A stretch of 64,000 nt of DNA from an uncultured bacterium (GTDB lineage Bacteria; Patescibacteriota; Minisyncoccia; Phycocordibacterales; DATDWN01), in assembly GCA_903861205.1 (NCBI GenBank), contig CAIOTC010000018.1, forward strand, positions 11,800 through 75,799, given 5' to 3'. Position 1 is the first letter of the stretch. Every line of letters begins with the position of its first letter. The position numbers and the translations under genes are program-made. The notes below the pieces were generated by a model that worked only from the letters and a program-made list of their open reading frames with translations, did not search any database and was not told the DNA's origin. Of the stretch, positions 20,893 through 31,035 are shown one piece after another.

Positions 20893-21936
20893 TTATTTCA
20901 GAGGCCCGGGTTCCTGTCTGCTTAATTTTGTCCACAATTCAAGAGACATATTAAGTATTCCCGCAAAATTGTTTCTTTCTATTTCTATCAGATTTTTATT
21001 TAACCATTTCTCCAGAGTTTTAATCGTACTTTCAAGACTGTATTTGGGTTTCCAGTCAAAATCTTTTTCAAAGGATTTTGATGTAATCTGGAGATTTCGC
21101 ATATCACCCACATCACTTTGAGAGACTATCCTGCACTTTACCACTTTCTGCACAGCTTCACCAAATTGTTTTTTTGAGAAGTTGTGTTTACCAATATTAT
21201 ATATCAGACGAGGCCATTTATCTTTTTTCATAATTGCAAAATAGCCACTGGTTATGTCTCGAATATCCACGGCTGCTCTAAATGCATTCAGTTCTGAAAT
21301 TCTGATAAGACCTTGGGACACGGCACAATAGGTAAAATGGTTTGGCAGGAGTTCTATTCGCATTCTGGGGGATATTCCGCAAACAGTTGCGGGACGAAGT
21401 ATGATGATTCTAAATTTTGGATTTTTCTTAACTTTATTTTTGATATAGGATTCCATTTGCAATTTGTATTTGCAGTAGTTATCGGTTGACTTTGGCAGGG
21501 GATCATTTTCACCCATGAGTTTCATTTCTTTTTGATTGCCATAAAGACTGGATGTTGAATTATAAATAATCGGAATTTCCAGCTTTTCTGCCAAGTCAAT
21601 AACCCTTTTTGAGGCCTCATAATTTAAATCTCTTGTATAATTTGGGTTATGATTGCAAGCCCAGACACTGGAAAGTTCGGCAAAATGGAAAAGAAAATCC
21701 GGTTTGAAATCTTCCAACGTTTTTTTGAGCAGTTCAAGATTTCTAGTATCTCCAATGACATATTGCAATTCAGACTTAGAGTTTTTCCCAGTTTCTATTT
21801 CTTTGATTATTTTTTTGTAATCCTGCTCGTATATAAGAGAGTCATATAACATAACAGAAAGACCTTTTGTCAACGCTTCTTTGGCTAGTTGTGAGCCAAT
21901 ATAACCCAATCCTCCGGTAATAAAGATTTTTTGCAT
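20893..21936 (-). CDS. NAD-dependent epimerase/dehydratase
   Basis: TGGLGYIG, STSSLYG, YCKYK. Confidence 0.85.
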   Translation of the reverse strand: MQKIFITGGLGYIGSQLAKEALTKGLSVMLYDSLIYEQDYKKIIKEIETGKNSKSELQYVIGDTRNLELLKKTLEDFKPDFLFHFAELSSVWACNHNPNYTRDLNYEASKRVIDLAEKLEIPIIYNSTSSLYGNQKEMKLMGENDPLPKSTDNYCKYKLQMESYIKNKVKKNPKFRIIILRPATVCGISPRMRIELLPNHFTYCAVSQGLIRISELNAFRAAVDIRDITSGYFAIMKKDKWPRLIYNIGKHNFSKKQFGEAVQKVVKCRIVSQSDVGDMRNLQITSKSFEKDFDWKPKYSLESTIKTLEKWLNKNLIEIERNNFAGILNMSLELWTKLSRQEPGPLK

Positions 21937-21969
21937 ACACCTAAAACTATCATAATTTTATGGGTATGT

Positions 21970-22995
21970 CTATAATTGTTCTTTTGCCCACTCCATATTA
22001 TTTTTAAGTCCTTTTGAAAATGGCGTAAATTTTAATTTCTTCATTTCTTTTTTTATTTTACTGAGATTTAGTCTGACTATTTTTGGATCTTTTCCTATAT
22101 AAGCCAACTTTGAAATATTTGCCGGAATTTCGTATTTTACATTGCATAATCTGGCAATTTTTTTTGCCAGGTTCAAAATGGAAAGACTGTCTTTTCCCCC
22201 GACGTTGTAGACGAAATCTTTTCCATAAAAAGCGATAAAAAGAATCATGGCTACGCTGTCGGCGATGTATCCATAAGTCCTGGTTGATTTTCCGCCATCA
22301 AGCAACTTGATATTTTTTTCCACCAAGGCTTTTTTTATGAACTCGCTCAAGACCCGTTTGTCGTCAAGCGGAAGTCCTGGTCCATAAGTAACAGAAATCC
22401 TGACAATTTTTATGTTTGATCCTTTATCTCTTTTATAAGCTGCACAAAGAGCTTCTCCCAAACGCTTTGATTCAGCGTAAACGGATCTTGGCAAATGCAG
22501 TGGGGAATTGCCGTTATAGTTTTCTTTGACCGGAATAAACTCCTGCGGTATATCTCCATAAACTTCGGCGGAGCTGAAAAAAATAAAGGTGGCATTTGGA
22601 GACATATCCAAGAGTCTTTGGGTCGCATCAATATTTATTTTTGTTGTTCCGTTATAATCATTGACGAACTTAGCCGGTTGGCTGTATCCGGCAGAATGAA
22701 AAATATAATCGTACCCCTTCAGATCAAAAGATTTAGTCAAGTCAACACGATGATAAAAAATATTTTTGTGTTCTTTCAAAATGGAAGAAAGGATTTCTTT
22801 TGGAGCGTTCAAACCGGTGGCCTCAATCGTATTGCCGAGATTCATTTCATGATTGGCCAGAGAAAGGGCGGCAGTAATGTGCTGACCGAGGAAGCCGTTT
22901 GCTCCGGTAACAAGGATTTTTTTTCCTTTGATTTTTCCGAGATTAACTTGACTTAAAATTTTTCGACAATCATTTTCTATTATTTTGTTCATCAT
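21970..22995 (-). CDS. NAD-dependent epimerase/dehydratase (UDP-GlcA decarboxylase-like)
   Basis: TGANGFLG, SSAEVYG, PRSVYAESKR. Confidence 0.8.
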   Translation of the reverse strand: MMNKIIENDCRKILSQVNLGKIKGKKILVTGANGFLGQHITAALSLANHEMNLGNTIEATGLNAPKEILSSILKEHKNIFYHRVDLTKSFDLKGYDYIFHSAGYSQPAKFVNDYNGTTKINIDATQRLLDMSPNATFIFFSSAEVYGDIPQEFIPVKENYNGNSPLHLPRSVYAESKRLGEALCAAYKRDKGSNIKIVRISVTYGPGLPLDDKRVLSEFIKKALVEKNIKLLDGGKSTRTYGYIADSVAMILFIAFYGKDFVYNVGGKDSLSILNLAKKIARLCNVKYEIPANISKLAYIGKDPKIVRLNLSKIKKEMKKLKFTPFSKGLKNNMEWAKEQL

Positions 22996-24823
22996 TTTCA
23001 ATTATTTTGGTTTTCTCGCCACCCGGCAGAGGCGGATTTTCCCATCCTTCTATGGGGTTTATTGTCATGTTTTTGTAAAATTCATCGCGAGGAAGGTATG
23101 GATACATATCTTCTATCGGGGTGTTCCAACCAAAAACTCTTGGTTCGTACTTGTACCATTCCCCGCAGTTCACATCACAGACGATCGGTCCGTCATGTGC
23201 CAAAACTTCACCCACTATTTTTTTCACATCGTCGATCTTGTCAATTTTTTTGGTGGTAACGCCATAAGCGCCGGAAATTTTGACGAAGTCCGGAGCGACA
23301 TACCCTTTTGGTCCCGATGCTTCGTGACGTCCTTCAACATTCGTGTCTTGGAACGCCTTAATTATTCCATAAACATGATTGTTTAAAATGAACGTTTTCA
23401 CTTTGATGCCGTATGTTATCAATGTTTGCAATTCTTGGATGTTCATATTGAATCCGCCGTCTCCGATTATGCAAACCACCGAACCCTTTTTGTCCGAGGC
23501 AAACCACGCGCCGATGGCTCCGCAAAAAGAAAAACCCATGGGCGAATTGCCGTTGTTTGAAAAATATCTTTGGCCGTTTTTTGTTTCAAAAGCATGGTTG
23601 CTGATGACTATATTTCCTCCGCAATCTGTCACCAGAATATCATCTGGTTTCATCTCTTGCGAAAGCATTCTGACGAAAGCGTAAGGGTTGACATTTTCTT
23701 TCTGGGTAAAATATTCCGGCTTGACGGGATCGTAAATATTTTTCCATTCCAAAACTTGCTTTGTCCATTTAGACACATCCGGCAAGTTTGTTCCAAAAAG
23801 CTTGTTTCCCAAACGTTCCAAGAACATTTTAGCGTCGCAGTATATGCTGACATCAAACGGCACCTGTTGAAGTTTTTTCTGCAAAAGGGCTGGATCCACA
23901 TCAACCACATATTTTTTGGCTTCTCTGGCGAATGTTTTTAAATTTCCTCCGGTGATTCGACCCGATATTCGACTTCCGACCGCAATCAGCAAATCGCTAT
24001 TTTGAATGCCAAAATTTCTTCCTCGCCCGCCGTATGTTCCGACATTTCCGCCGTAAAATTCATAATCAGCCGGAACAATATCAAGGGCGTTCCAAGTCGG
24101 GAAAACCGGAATTCTGAGAAGTCTTCCCACTTTTTGCAACATATCGGTTGCTCCGGCGGTTCTGACACCTCCACCAACAAGCATGACCGGCCGTTTTGCC
24201 GTTTGCAAATCTTTCAGGAGCTGGTTTATTTTGGCATCAACGATTTTTATGTCAAACAACGCGCGTTTTGTTTGGCTGTCAAAACCGACAAGTGTATTCG
24301 GGTCTATTTCAGCTTTCTGCAAGTTTTGGGGAATATCCAAAAGAACCGGTCCGGGCCTGCCGTCAGTGGCCAAAAACCAAGCCTTTTCAATTTCGTATTT
24401 TATATCTTCCGCTTTGGTAATAAGTTTTGAATATTTTGTAATAGGGGAAGTTATAGCCACAATGTCAGTTTCTTGAAAACCAACCTGCCTTATGTCATTG
24501 TCTTGACGCAAGAATTCTGAATTAATCTGTCCGGTTATAAAAATGGCAGGTACAGAGTCATAAAAACAGTTTCCGATAGAAGTGACGAGATTCATACCCC
24601 CGGGCCCGCTGGTGGCTATGGCCACTCCCGGTATGCCTTTTATTTTAGCATATCCTTCAGCTGCAAAACCGGCCGCCTGTTCGTGCATAGTGGCAACATA
24701 CTCAGCTTTGTCCGTTCTTGTAAAAGCGTCAATAATGTAGGCATTGGCGGCTCCCGATACAACAAACATTTTGTCGACCCCTTTATCGGCAAGGAAATTC
24801 ACGACAAAATCAGCTAATTTCAT
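22970..24823 (-). CDS. TPP-dependent acetolactate-synthase-like enzyme (YerE-like)
   Basis: HEQAAGFAAEGY, TSGPG, GFQE, GDGG...LNN; located inside a sugar operon with no small subunit. Confidence 0.8.
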   Translation of the reverse strand: MKLADFVVNFLADKGVDKMFVVSGAANAYIIDAFTRTDKAEYVATMHEQAAGFAAEGYAKIKGIPGVAIATSGPGGMNLVTSIGNCFYDSVPAIFITGQINSEFLRQDNDIRQVGFQETDIVAITSPITKYSKLITKAEDIKYEIEKAWFLATDGRPGPVLLDIPQNLQKAEIDPNTLVGFDSQTKRALFDIKIVDAKINQLLKDLQTAKRPVMLVGGGVRTAGATDMLQKVGRLLRIPVFPTWNALDIVPADYEFYGGNVGTYGGRGRNFGIQNSDLLIAVGSRISGRITGGNLKTFAREAKKYVVDVDPALLQKKLQQVPFDVSIYCDAKMFLERLGNKLFGTNLPDVSKWTKQVLEWKNIYDPVKPEYFTQKENVNPYAFVRMLSQEMKPDDILVTDCGGNIVISNHAFETKNGQRYFSNNGNSPMGFSFCGAIGAWFASDKKGSVVCIIGDGGFNMNIQELQTLITYGIKVKTFILNNHVYGIIKAFQDTNVEGRHEASGPKGYVAPDFVKISGAYGVTTKKIDKIDDVKKIVGEVLAHDGPIVCDVNCGEWYKYEPRVFGWNTPIEDMYPYLPRDEFYKNMTINPIEGWENPPLPGGEKTKIIENDEQNNRK

Positions 24824-24854
24824 GGATTTGAGTGTTATTTTATAACATCAATCA

Positions 24855-26036
24855 TTATGCATTTTCAGTTGCATTATGCAACCTTTGACACCCTTCCAAT
24901 AAATTTTTTGCGGTATTGGCATAACACATGCGAACATAATTTTTTCCTCCTTCGCCGAACCCTGAACCCGGGCAGAGGACAACGCCGTGATTTTCCATGG
25001 CATGTTTTGCAAATCCATCTCCATTCATGCCGGTTTTGGAAACGTCAATCATAATATAAAACGCTCCGTCCGGTTTTGAAAATTCAATCTTTTTGATTTT
25101 TTTAAGTTCAGAACAGACGATCTCGCGTAATTTTTTGTATTCTGTAAAATATCGTTTGACAAATTTTTTTCTATCAGTCAGAGCCGTAATGCAAGCATCT
25201 TGCAAAAAAGGCGGAACACACGAGATTATTGTTTGGGACAGAAGAGCTATTTTATTGATAATATCTTCCGGACCGATTGCGTATCCGACTCGCCACCCAG
25301 TCATGGCAAATGGTTTTGAAAAACCGTTTGTGACAATGACTCTTTCAAGACAATGATCTATTGTTCCGGCCGAAAAATGAGCTCCTTCATATATAAGCTG
25401 TGAATAAATTTCGTCGCTTAAAATGTACAAGTTGTGTTTTTTTGCTATCTTATAGATTTCAACAATATCTTTCTTTGAATAAACCGCTCCGGTTGGATTT
25501 GACGGCGAGTTGATTACTATAAGGCGCGTTTTTGAAGTAATTTTTTTTTCTATTTCTTTCGGATCAAAACGAAAATTATTTTTATGATTTACTTTAACCC
25601 TGACATCTTTGATTTTGAGCATATTCATAACAGCGTTATATGTCACGAATGATGGATCGGTCAGAATCACTTCCTCTCCGGGGTTTACAAGTATGGAAAT
25701 AACATAATAAATAAGCGGATTTGCTCCTGATGTAACAACAATCTGGGGCAGTGAAGGTTTAAAACCAAAATCTTCCTTTACGGCTTTCTGGATTGCCAAA
25801 CGCAAGGAGTGTTCTCCAAATGAACTGCCATAATGAGTATGGTTAGATTTCATCGCCAAAGATGCGCTTTTCTTTACTTCCGGTGGCATTTCCAGATGCG
25901 AGTCGCCTATTTCAAAGTGAATTAAATGTTTGCCGTTGCGCTCCAATTCTTTAGCTTTGTCCAAAATAGCAAACATGGATTGACCAACTATTCTTTCTCC
26001 AAAATCTGAAAATGTATGATGATTTAATTTATTCAT
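24855..26036 (-). CDS. Class I/II PLP aminotransferase
   Basis: NSPSNPTG, SDEIY, GFSKPFAMTGWRVG. Confidence 0.9.
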   Translation of the reverse strand: MNKLNHHTFSDFGERIVGQSMFAILDKAKELERNGKHLIHFEIGDSHLEMPPEVKKSASLAMKSNHTHYGSSFGEHSLRLAIQKAVKEDFGFKPSLPQIVVTSGANPLIYYVISILVNPGEEVILTDPSFVTYNAVMNMLKIKDVRVKVNHKNNFRFDPKEIEKKITSKTRLIVINSPSNPTGAVYSKKDIVEIYKIAKKHNLYILSDEIYSQLIYEGAHFSAGTIDHCLERVIVTNGFSKPFAMTGWRVGYAIGPEDIINKIALLSQTIISCVPPFLQDACITALTDRKKFVKRYFTEYKKLREIVCSELKKIKKIEFSKPDGAFYIMIDVSKTGMNGDGFAKHAMENHGVVLCPGSGFGEGGKNYVRMCYANTAKNLLEGCQRLHNATENA

Positions 26037-26769
26037 ATTTTATGAAAATTACATCTCCATCAGTCGGTTGTCCGGTTTTTTTGTCGATAAGGCCGTAACT
26101 TTTATGCAATCTGTAACCAAATTGTTCCAAAAATTTTTTTATATCACTAAATAATGGCTGATTTTTGTACACTTCCATATACATCACTTCTGTATAGATC
26201 AGGTCAATTTTTTTGTTCGATAGCATTTTTTCGGTTCCTTGCAACACCAAAAGTTCACCACCCTGGACATCCATTTTCAAAATATTTATTCTTTCTATTT
26301 TATTTTTTTCACAATAGCTATCAAGCGTTTCCGTATTGACTTCAATCTTTCCCATTTTTTGAAAAGCATCTTTTCCTTTTGTAAATTCTTCGTTATTTTG
26401 TAGCAGTGAATTGCAACCATGAAAACTGTTGACAAAAAATTCTGCCGTTCCATTTTGATTTGAAAGAGCAATATTGACGCAATGAACCTTCTTGTCTCCA
26501 TGAACGGACTCTACATATTCCCCAAACATTCTGGGAAACGGTTCAAATCCATGAATGGAAGCCTTCGGAAACATTTTTCTGTATTTATGTGTTGTTTGTC
26601 CGGCATTTGCTCCAACGTCAAAAATTATACCGGCCGGCGCGGAAGCGAATAATTTTTTTTGTTCCAAATAATCTTCACTCAATTTTATTTTAAGTACGCT
26701 TAAATCATACCCAAAATATTTTCTTACAATATATTTGACTAGGTTTTTAGCTTTCTGCCAAGATTTCAT
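26029..26769 (-). CDS. FkbM family methyltransferase
   Basis: FDVGANAG, FEP, KMDVQGGE. Confidence 0.9.
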   Translation of the reverse strand: MKSWQKAKNLVKYIVRKYFGYDLSVLKIKLSEDYLEQKKLFASAPAGIIFDVGANAGQTTHKYRKMFPKASIHGFEPFPRMFGEYVESVHGDKKVHCVNIALSNQNGTAEFFVNSFHGCNSLLQNNEEFTKGKDAFQKMGKIEVNTETLDSYCEKNKIERINILKMDVQGGELLVLQGTEKMLSNKKIDLIYTEVMYMEVYKNQPLFSDIKKFLEQFGYRLHKSYGLIDKKTGQPTDGDVIFIKYE

Positions 26770-26775
26770 GTAAGT

Positions 26776-28047
26776 TTATTGAAGTTTCTCCGTTTTATAG
26801 TCAAGTATTGTGGATATTTTTCCCCAAAATGACGATCCGAATAATAATTCTCTGGGATTTTTTTCATTAGTTATAACCATACTGATATCATTGATGGTAT
26901 CTATACTTTTTTTACCATCGCTCAAATGCTTTAGCCAAATAGTGATAGATATCATACCAATTTGGAATAGAAAAGCCGGTACTTCCACACGAACTTTGTA
27001 TTTTCCCGGTTCATAATTTCTATATGTTCCGGTACCGTCTCCTTCGGTAGATAATAATATAAATTCACCTTGATAGTAAAAATACAGAAAAATCATTTTA
27101 TTCTCAATATATTTTCTGATATCAAGCTCAATTTCAATAAAAAACTTTTCCCCAACGGGTATCTGAGCTTTTGGGGCATTTTCTTGATTTAATATACTAA
27201 CTTTTGTGATTTGACCGTCAAGTTCATTTTTTATTGGATATTCCGTTACGGCATTCAAAGTTCTGTCAACATTCAAATAATAATTTATTACCTCTGAAGT
27301 TTCTCCAAATTTTACAATTTCTCCTTTTTTCAAAAGAATTGTTTTTGTGCATAATCTTTCCACCGCATCCATGTTATGACTTACGAAAATAATAGTTCGC
27401 CCCTCTTTTCTGGTGATATCTTCCATTTTTCCCAAGCATTTTTTTTGAAACTCCACATCGCCAACCGCGAGCACTTCATCTATTATTAAAATATCCGGTT
27501 CCATATGAGCGGCCACGGAAAAAGCCAAGCGGACGTACATTCCGCTGGAATAATATTTGACCGGAGTGTCCAGAAATTTATCAATTTCGGCAAATTTTAC
27601 AATCTGATCAAATTTTTTGGCAATTTCTTTTTGAGTCATTCCGAGAATTGCGCCGTTTAAAAAAATATTTTCCCGACCGGTCAGCTCCGGATGAAAACCG
27701 GTACCAACTTCAAGCAAACTTCCCACACGGCCCATTATTTTTATTTCACCTGTCGTAGGCGGAGTTATTTGCGAAAGGATTTTCAGCAGAGTCGACTTTC
27801 CGGCCCCATTGCCGCCGATAATGCCGATAATTTCTCCTTTTTTAACTTCAAAATCAATATCTTTTAAGGCCCAAAAATCTTCTCTGGTTTCAAGACCGGC
27901 CACTTGTTTTACTTTTGTTTTTAAAAAGGAAAAAGGAGATTTGATGGCGTTCATTAAAACGTCGCGCAGGGCAACATAACTTCCACGCTGATGGGTGATG
28001 TTATATTTTTTTCCTATCCCTTTGATTGTTATGATTGGTTTTTCCAT
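26776..28047 (-). CDS. wzt: Polysaccharide ABC exporter ATPase with C-terminal Wzt_C domain
   Basis: FWALKD, GGNGAGKST, YSSGMYVRLAFS, DEVLAVGD, plus a C-terminal extension of about 160 aa. Confidence 0.9.
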   Translation of the reverse strand: MEKPIITIKGIGKKYNITHQRGSYVALRDVLMNAIKSPFSFLKTKVKQVAGLETREDFWALKDIDFEVKKGEIIGIIGGNGAGKSTLLKILSQITPPTTGEIKIMGRVGSLLEVGTGFHPELTGRENIFLNGAILGMTQKEIAKKFDQIVKFAEIDKFLDTPVKYYSSGMYVRLAFSVAAHMEPDILIIDEVLAVGDVEFQKKCLGKMEDITRKEGRTIIFVSHNMDAVERLCTKTILLKKGEIVKFGETSEVINYYLNVDRTLNAVTEYPIKNELDGQITKVSILNQENAPKAQIPVGEKFFIEIELDIRKYIENKMIFLYFYYQGEFILLSTEGDGTGTYRNYEPGKYKVRVEVPAFLFQIGMISITIWLKHLSDGKKSIDTINDISMVITNEKNPRELLFGSSFWGKISTILDYKTEKLQ

Positions 28048-28053
28048 AATGGT

Positions 28054-28890
28054 TTATACTATATCCGCAAAATATCTTTCTGTTTTTTTGAAAACATAAA
28101 CGCCCAAAATCATAATGATGAATGTGGCGACGAAAGAAATCAAAATCAAGAACCAATTAATCGGCGCTGTTCCTAGCAAGGATGCTCTGGCGTTTTGGAT
28201 TACTCCCATCATTGGATTGAGAGCAAGGATTTTTGAATATTTTCCGGCAATTGAAGCGGGGTAGATAACCGGTGTCAAAAATAACATAATTTGAATAAAA
28301 AAAGGAAGAACATACCTGACATCTCGATATTTAACATTTATAGAAGCCAGAACAAGTCCCATGCCGATAGAAGCCATAAAAGTGATAAGAAGAAGCAGGG
28401 GTAAAATCCAAAGTCCTGAAATATGTGGCATGTATCCATAATAAAACATCAGACCAACTAATATTATGGAGGCAATTAGAAAATCTATAAATTTTGTTGC
28501 CACAGATGATATGGGTAAAATCAATCTGGGAAAATAAACTTTAGTGATTATGGCTTGATTGCTTAACAAAGCGTTGCTGGTGTCTGCCAGGGCACTTGAA
28601 AAAAATTGCCAAAATAAAAGACCAACATAAACAAAAATGGGGTAGGGAACCCCATCTGATGGCATTTTAGCCAATCCGCCAAAAAAAACAGAGAAAACCA
28701 CCATTGTAATAAATGGTTGGAAAATAGCCCAAGCCACACCTATCATCGTCTGTTTATAACGGACTTTGAGGTCACGCCAAACGAAGAAATACATAAGTTC
28801 TTTATATTTCCAAAGCTCGGTAATATCACGAAAAGAAAAAAGCTTTTTGGGCCGTATAATAGTCTCTTTTGTGGCGACAGAAGAATTCAT
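28054..28890 (-). CDS. wzm: Polysaccharide ABC exporter permease
   Basis: RDLKVRYKQT..G..W, KVYFPR, YRD, LNP, FADIV. Confidence 0.9.
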   Translation of the reverse strand: MNSSVATKETIIRPKKLFSFRDITELWKYKELMYFFVWRDLKVRYKQTMIGVAWAIFQPFITMVVFSVFFGGLAKMPSDGVPYPIFVYVGLLFWQFFSSALADTSNALLSNQAIITKVYFPRLILPISSVATKFIDFLIASIILVGLMFYYGYMPHISGLWILPLLLLITFMASIGMGLVLASINVKYRDVRYVLPFFIQIMLFLTPVIYPASIAGKYSKILALNPMMGVIQNARASLLGTAPINWFLILISFVATFIIMILGVYVFKKTERYFADIV

Positions 28891-29036
28891 GTAGAGAAAT
28901 CATAGCATATTGCTCGTTTTTTTTCTAGTTTCGAATTCGATATTATTGTTTGATTAATCACTTAGATTGTGCATAATAACTATGGGTCGGAGTTCTTTGT
29001 CAGACCCAAAAAACCAGAAATTCAGAAAAAGGAGGA

Positions 29037-30989
29037 ATGATGAATAAACGCAATGTCCAATTGGTTCAGGTAAATTATCGATATGGGTCAAATGTTTTTG
29101 TCCCATACTCCGTCGGTTCTCTGCAAGCGTACGCAGAAACCATTCCGGAAATTAAGAAAAATTTTCGTTTTCAGGAACCTCTCTTTTTGCGAGAAGATCC
29201 GATCAGTGTTGTTCGTAAAATGAAAAACCCGTCTGTTGTTGGTTTCTCGTGTTATCTCTGGAACTGGGAGTACAACACAGCTCTAGCCAAGGTTATGAGA
29301 GAAGCATTTCCAAAGACACTGATTGTTTTTGGAGGAACACAGGTGCCAACAGAATCGGGTGGATTTTTCAAAAAATATCCGTACGTGGATCTTTTGGTTC
29401 ATCACGAAGGTGAACTGTCGTTCGCGGATATTTTGGAGGAATCGCTTTCGATAAATCCGGATTACACGAATATATCAGGACTTAGTGTCAGAGTCGAAGG
29501 AAATCAAACTCTGAAAACTCCGCCACGTGAGAGGTTAAGTGATCTGTCTCTGCTACCGTCACCTTATCTTGCTGGTATTTTTGACTTCATGTTGGGAAGA
29601 GGATTTTCGCTCAACGTTAGTCAGGAGACCAATCGCGGGTGTCCATACTCATGCACATTTTGTGATTGGGGCGGGGCCACTTATTCCAAAATGTTTTCGA
29701 TAGATCAAGGCCGGATTCTCGATGAGTTCCACTGGTTTGGTAAAAACCAAGCCGAGTATCTGTTCAACTGTGATGCTAATTATGGCATTTTGCCTCGTGA
29801 TTACGACCTTACTCTGAAAATGATTGAGGTTCGTGCGAGGTATGATGGCTATCCGAAAAGATTTCGAATGTGCACCGCTAAAAACAGCAACGACAAAATT
29901 TTTGAAATTGTCAAAATTATTTCGGATGCTGGGATGAACAAGGGTGCCACTTTGTCTTTTCAGTCGATGGATGAGGACACACTCTCCATTGTCAAAAGAA
30001 AGAATATCAAAATTGAGAAGTTTTCTCAATTGATGGACCGGTACGGAGAAGAAGGAATTGCCACCTACACTGAACTTATCCTGGGGATGCCGGGCGAGTC
30101 TTATAAAAGTACAAAGGACGGCATAGACACTTTGATTCCCGGTCAAGACGACAGTATCAACATCTATGTTTATCCATGCACCGCATTACCAAATTCGGAG
30201 ATGAGTGATCCGGTTTATGCTAAGGTACATGGAATAAAGTCGGTGCGAATACCGATACTCCTTTCCCATTCCACTCCGGAGCCGCAATCGTTGACTGAGT
30301 ACAGCTCTGCTATCGTGGAGACATCCTCCATGTCGCGAGAAGATTGGTGTCGCAGCTACATGTTCTACTGGGCGATTCAGTGCTTCCATTGTCTGGGATT
30401 GACTCAACATATCGCTATTCTTTTTCACAAGCACTTTGGTGTAAAGTACAGCGATTTCTATGAAAGATTTGTCGAGTATTTCGCCATGAACAAAGAAAGC
30501 CTCATTGGAGGGGAAGTTGCCTTAACTTGGAAAATTGTTAGGTCGGCCCAAGACGGTGGACGACTTGACAGAATTATTCCAAAGTTCGGTAATATTTATT
30601 GGCCCCTGGAGGAAGCCACGTTTTTAAACTTAGTTTCCGACAAAGAGCGTTTCTACACAGAAGTTCGACATTTTCTCGGGGCGTTGATGCGTGATTTGGG
30701 TCTGGGTTTGGATGAAGTTGATCCTGTTTTGCTGGACGATATTGTTTTGTACGAATCGTCGAGAATTATTGGTCCGAATCTCCCGCCACAATCAATCGTT
30801 CTTCATTACAACCTACATCAGTACTTGAGTAGGTTACGAGATTCATCGGCCAGGCTCGAAAGCCTACCGACGAACCTTGGTTTCAAAGCCGAAACAGATT
30901 TTGACGGAGATCTCGAAAGATATGCCAAGGAAGTTCTTTGGTATGGCAGAAAAGGTGGAAAATTTCACCACAGAATAGAATTAAATTAG
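29037..30989 (+). CDS. Cobalamin-binding radical SAM protein
   Basis: GFSCYLWN, VFGG, EGE, then ETNRGCPYSCTFCDW (CxxxCxxC); SD GGAGGA. Confidence 0.85.
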   Translation: MMNKRNVQLVQVNYRYGSNVFVPYSVGSLQAYAETIPEIKKNFRFQEPLFLREDPISVVRKMKNPSVVGFSCYLWNWEYNTALAKVMREAFPKTLIVFGGTQVPTESGGFFKKYPYVDLLVHHEGELSFADILEESLSINPDYTNISGLSVRVEGNQTLKTPPRERLSDLSLLPSPYLAGIFDFMLGRGFSLNVSQETNRGCPYSCTFCDWGGATYSKMFSIDQGRILDEFHWFGKNQAEYLFNCDANYGILPRDYDLTLKMIEVRARYDGYPKRFRMCTAKNSNDKIFEIVKIISDAGMNKGATLSFQSMDEDTLSIVKRKNIKIEKFSQLMDRYGEEGIATYTELILGMPGESYKSTKDGIDTLIPGQDDSINIYVYPCTALPNSEMSDPVYAKVHGIKSVRIPILLSHSTPEPQSLTEYSSAIVETSSMSREDWCRSYMFYWAIQCFHCLGLTQHIAILFHKHFGVKYSDFYERFVEYFAMNKESLIGGEVALTWKIVRSAQDGGRLDRIIPKFGNIYWPLEEATFLNLVSDKERFYTEVRHFLGALMRDLGLGLDEVDPVLLDDIVLYESSRIIGPNLPPQSIVLHYNLHQYLSRLRDSSARLESLPTNLGFKAETDFDGDLERYAKEVLWYGRKGGKFHHRIELN

Positions 30990-30996
30990 TTTTTAC

Positions 30997-31032
30997 ACGC
31001 CTCAGTTGGTTCAACCAGCTGGGCGTTTTTTT
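30997..31032. terminator. Intrinsic terminator between convergent genes
   Basis: ACGCCTCAGTTGGTT-C-AACCAGCTGGGCGT followed by a T-run. Confidence 0.65.
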
Positions 31033-31035
31033 AAA

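Noticed and set aside
28891-29036. Cobalamin riboswitch before the B12 radical SAM gene
   Set aside because: The spacer is only 146 bp, is shared with the wzm promoter, and shows no B12-box motifs.
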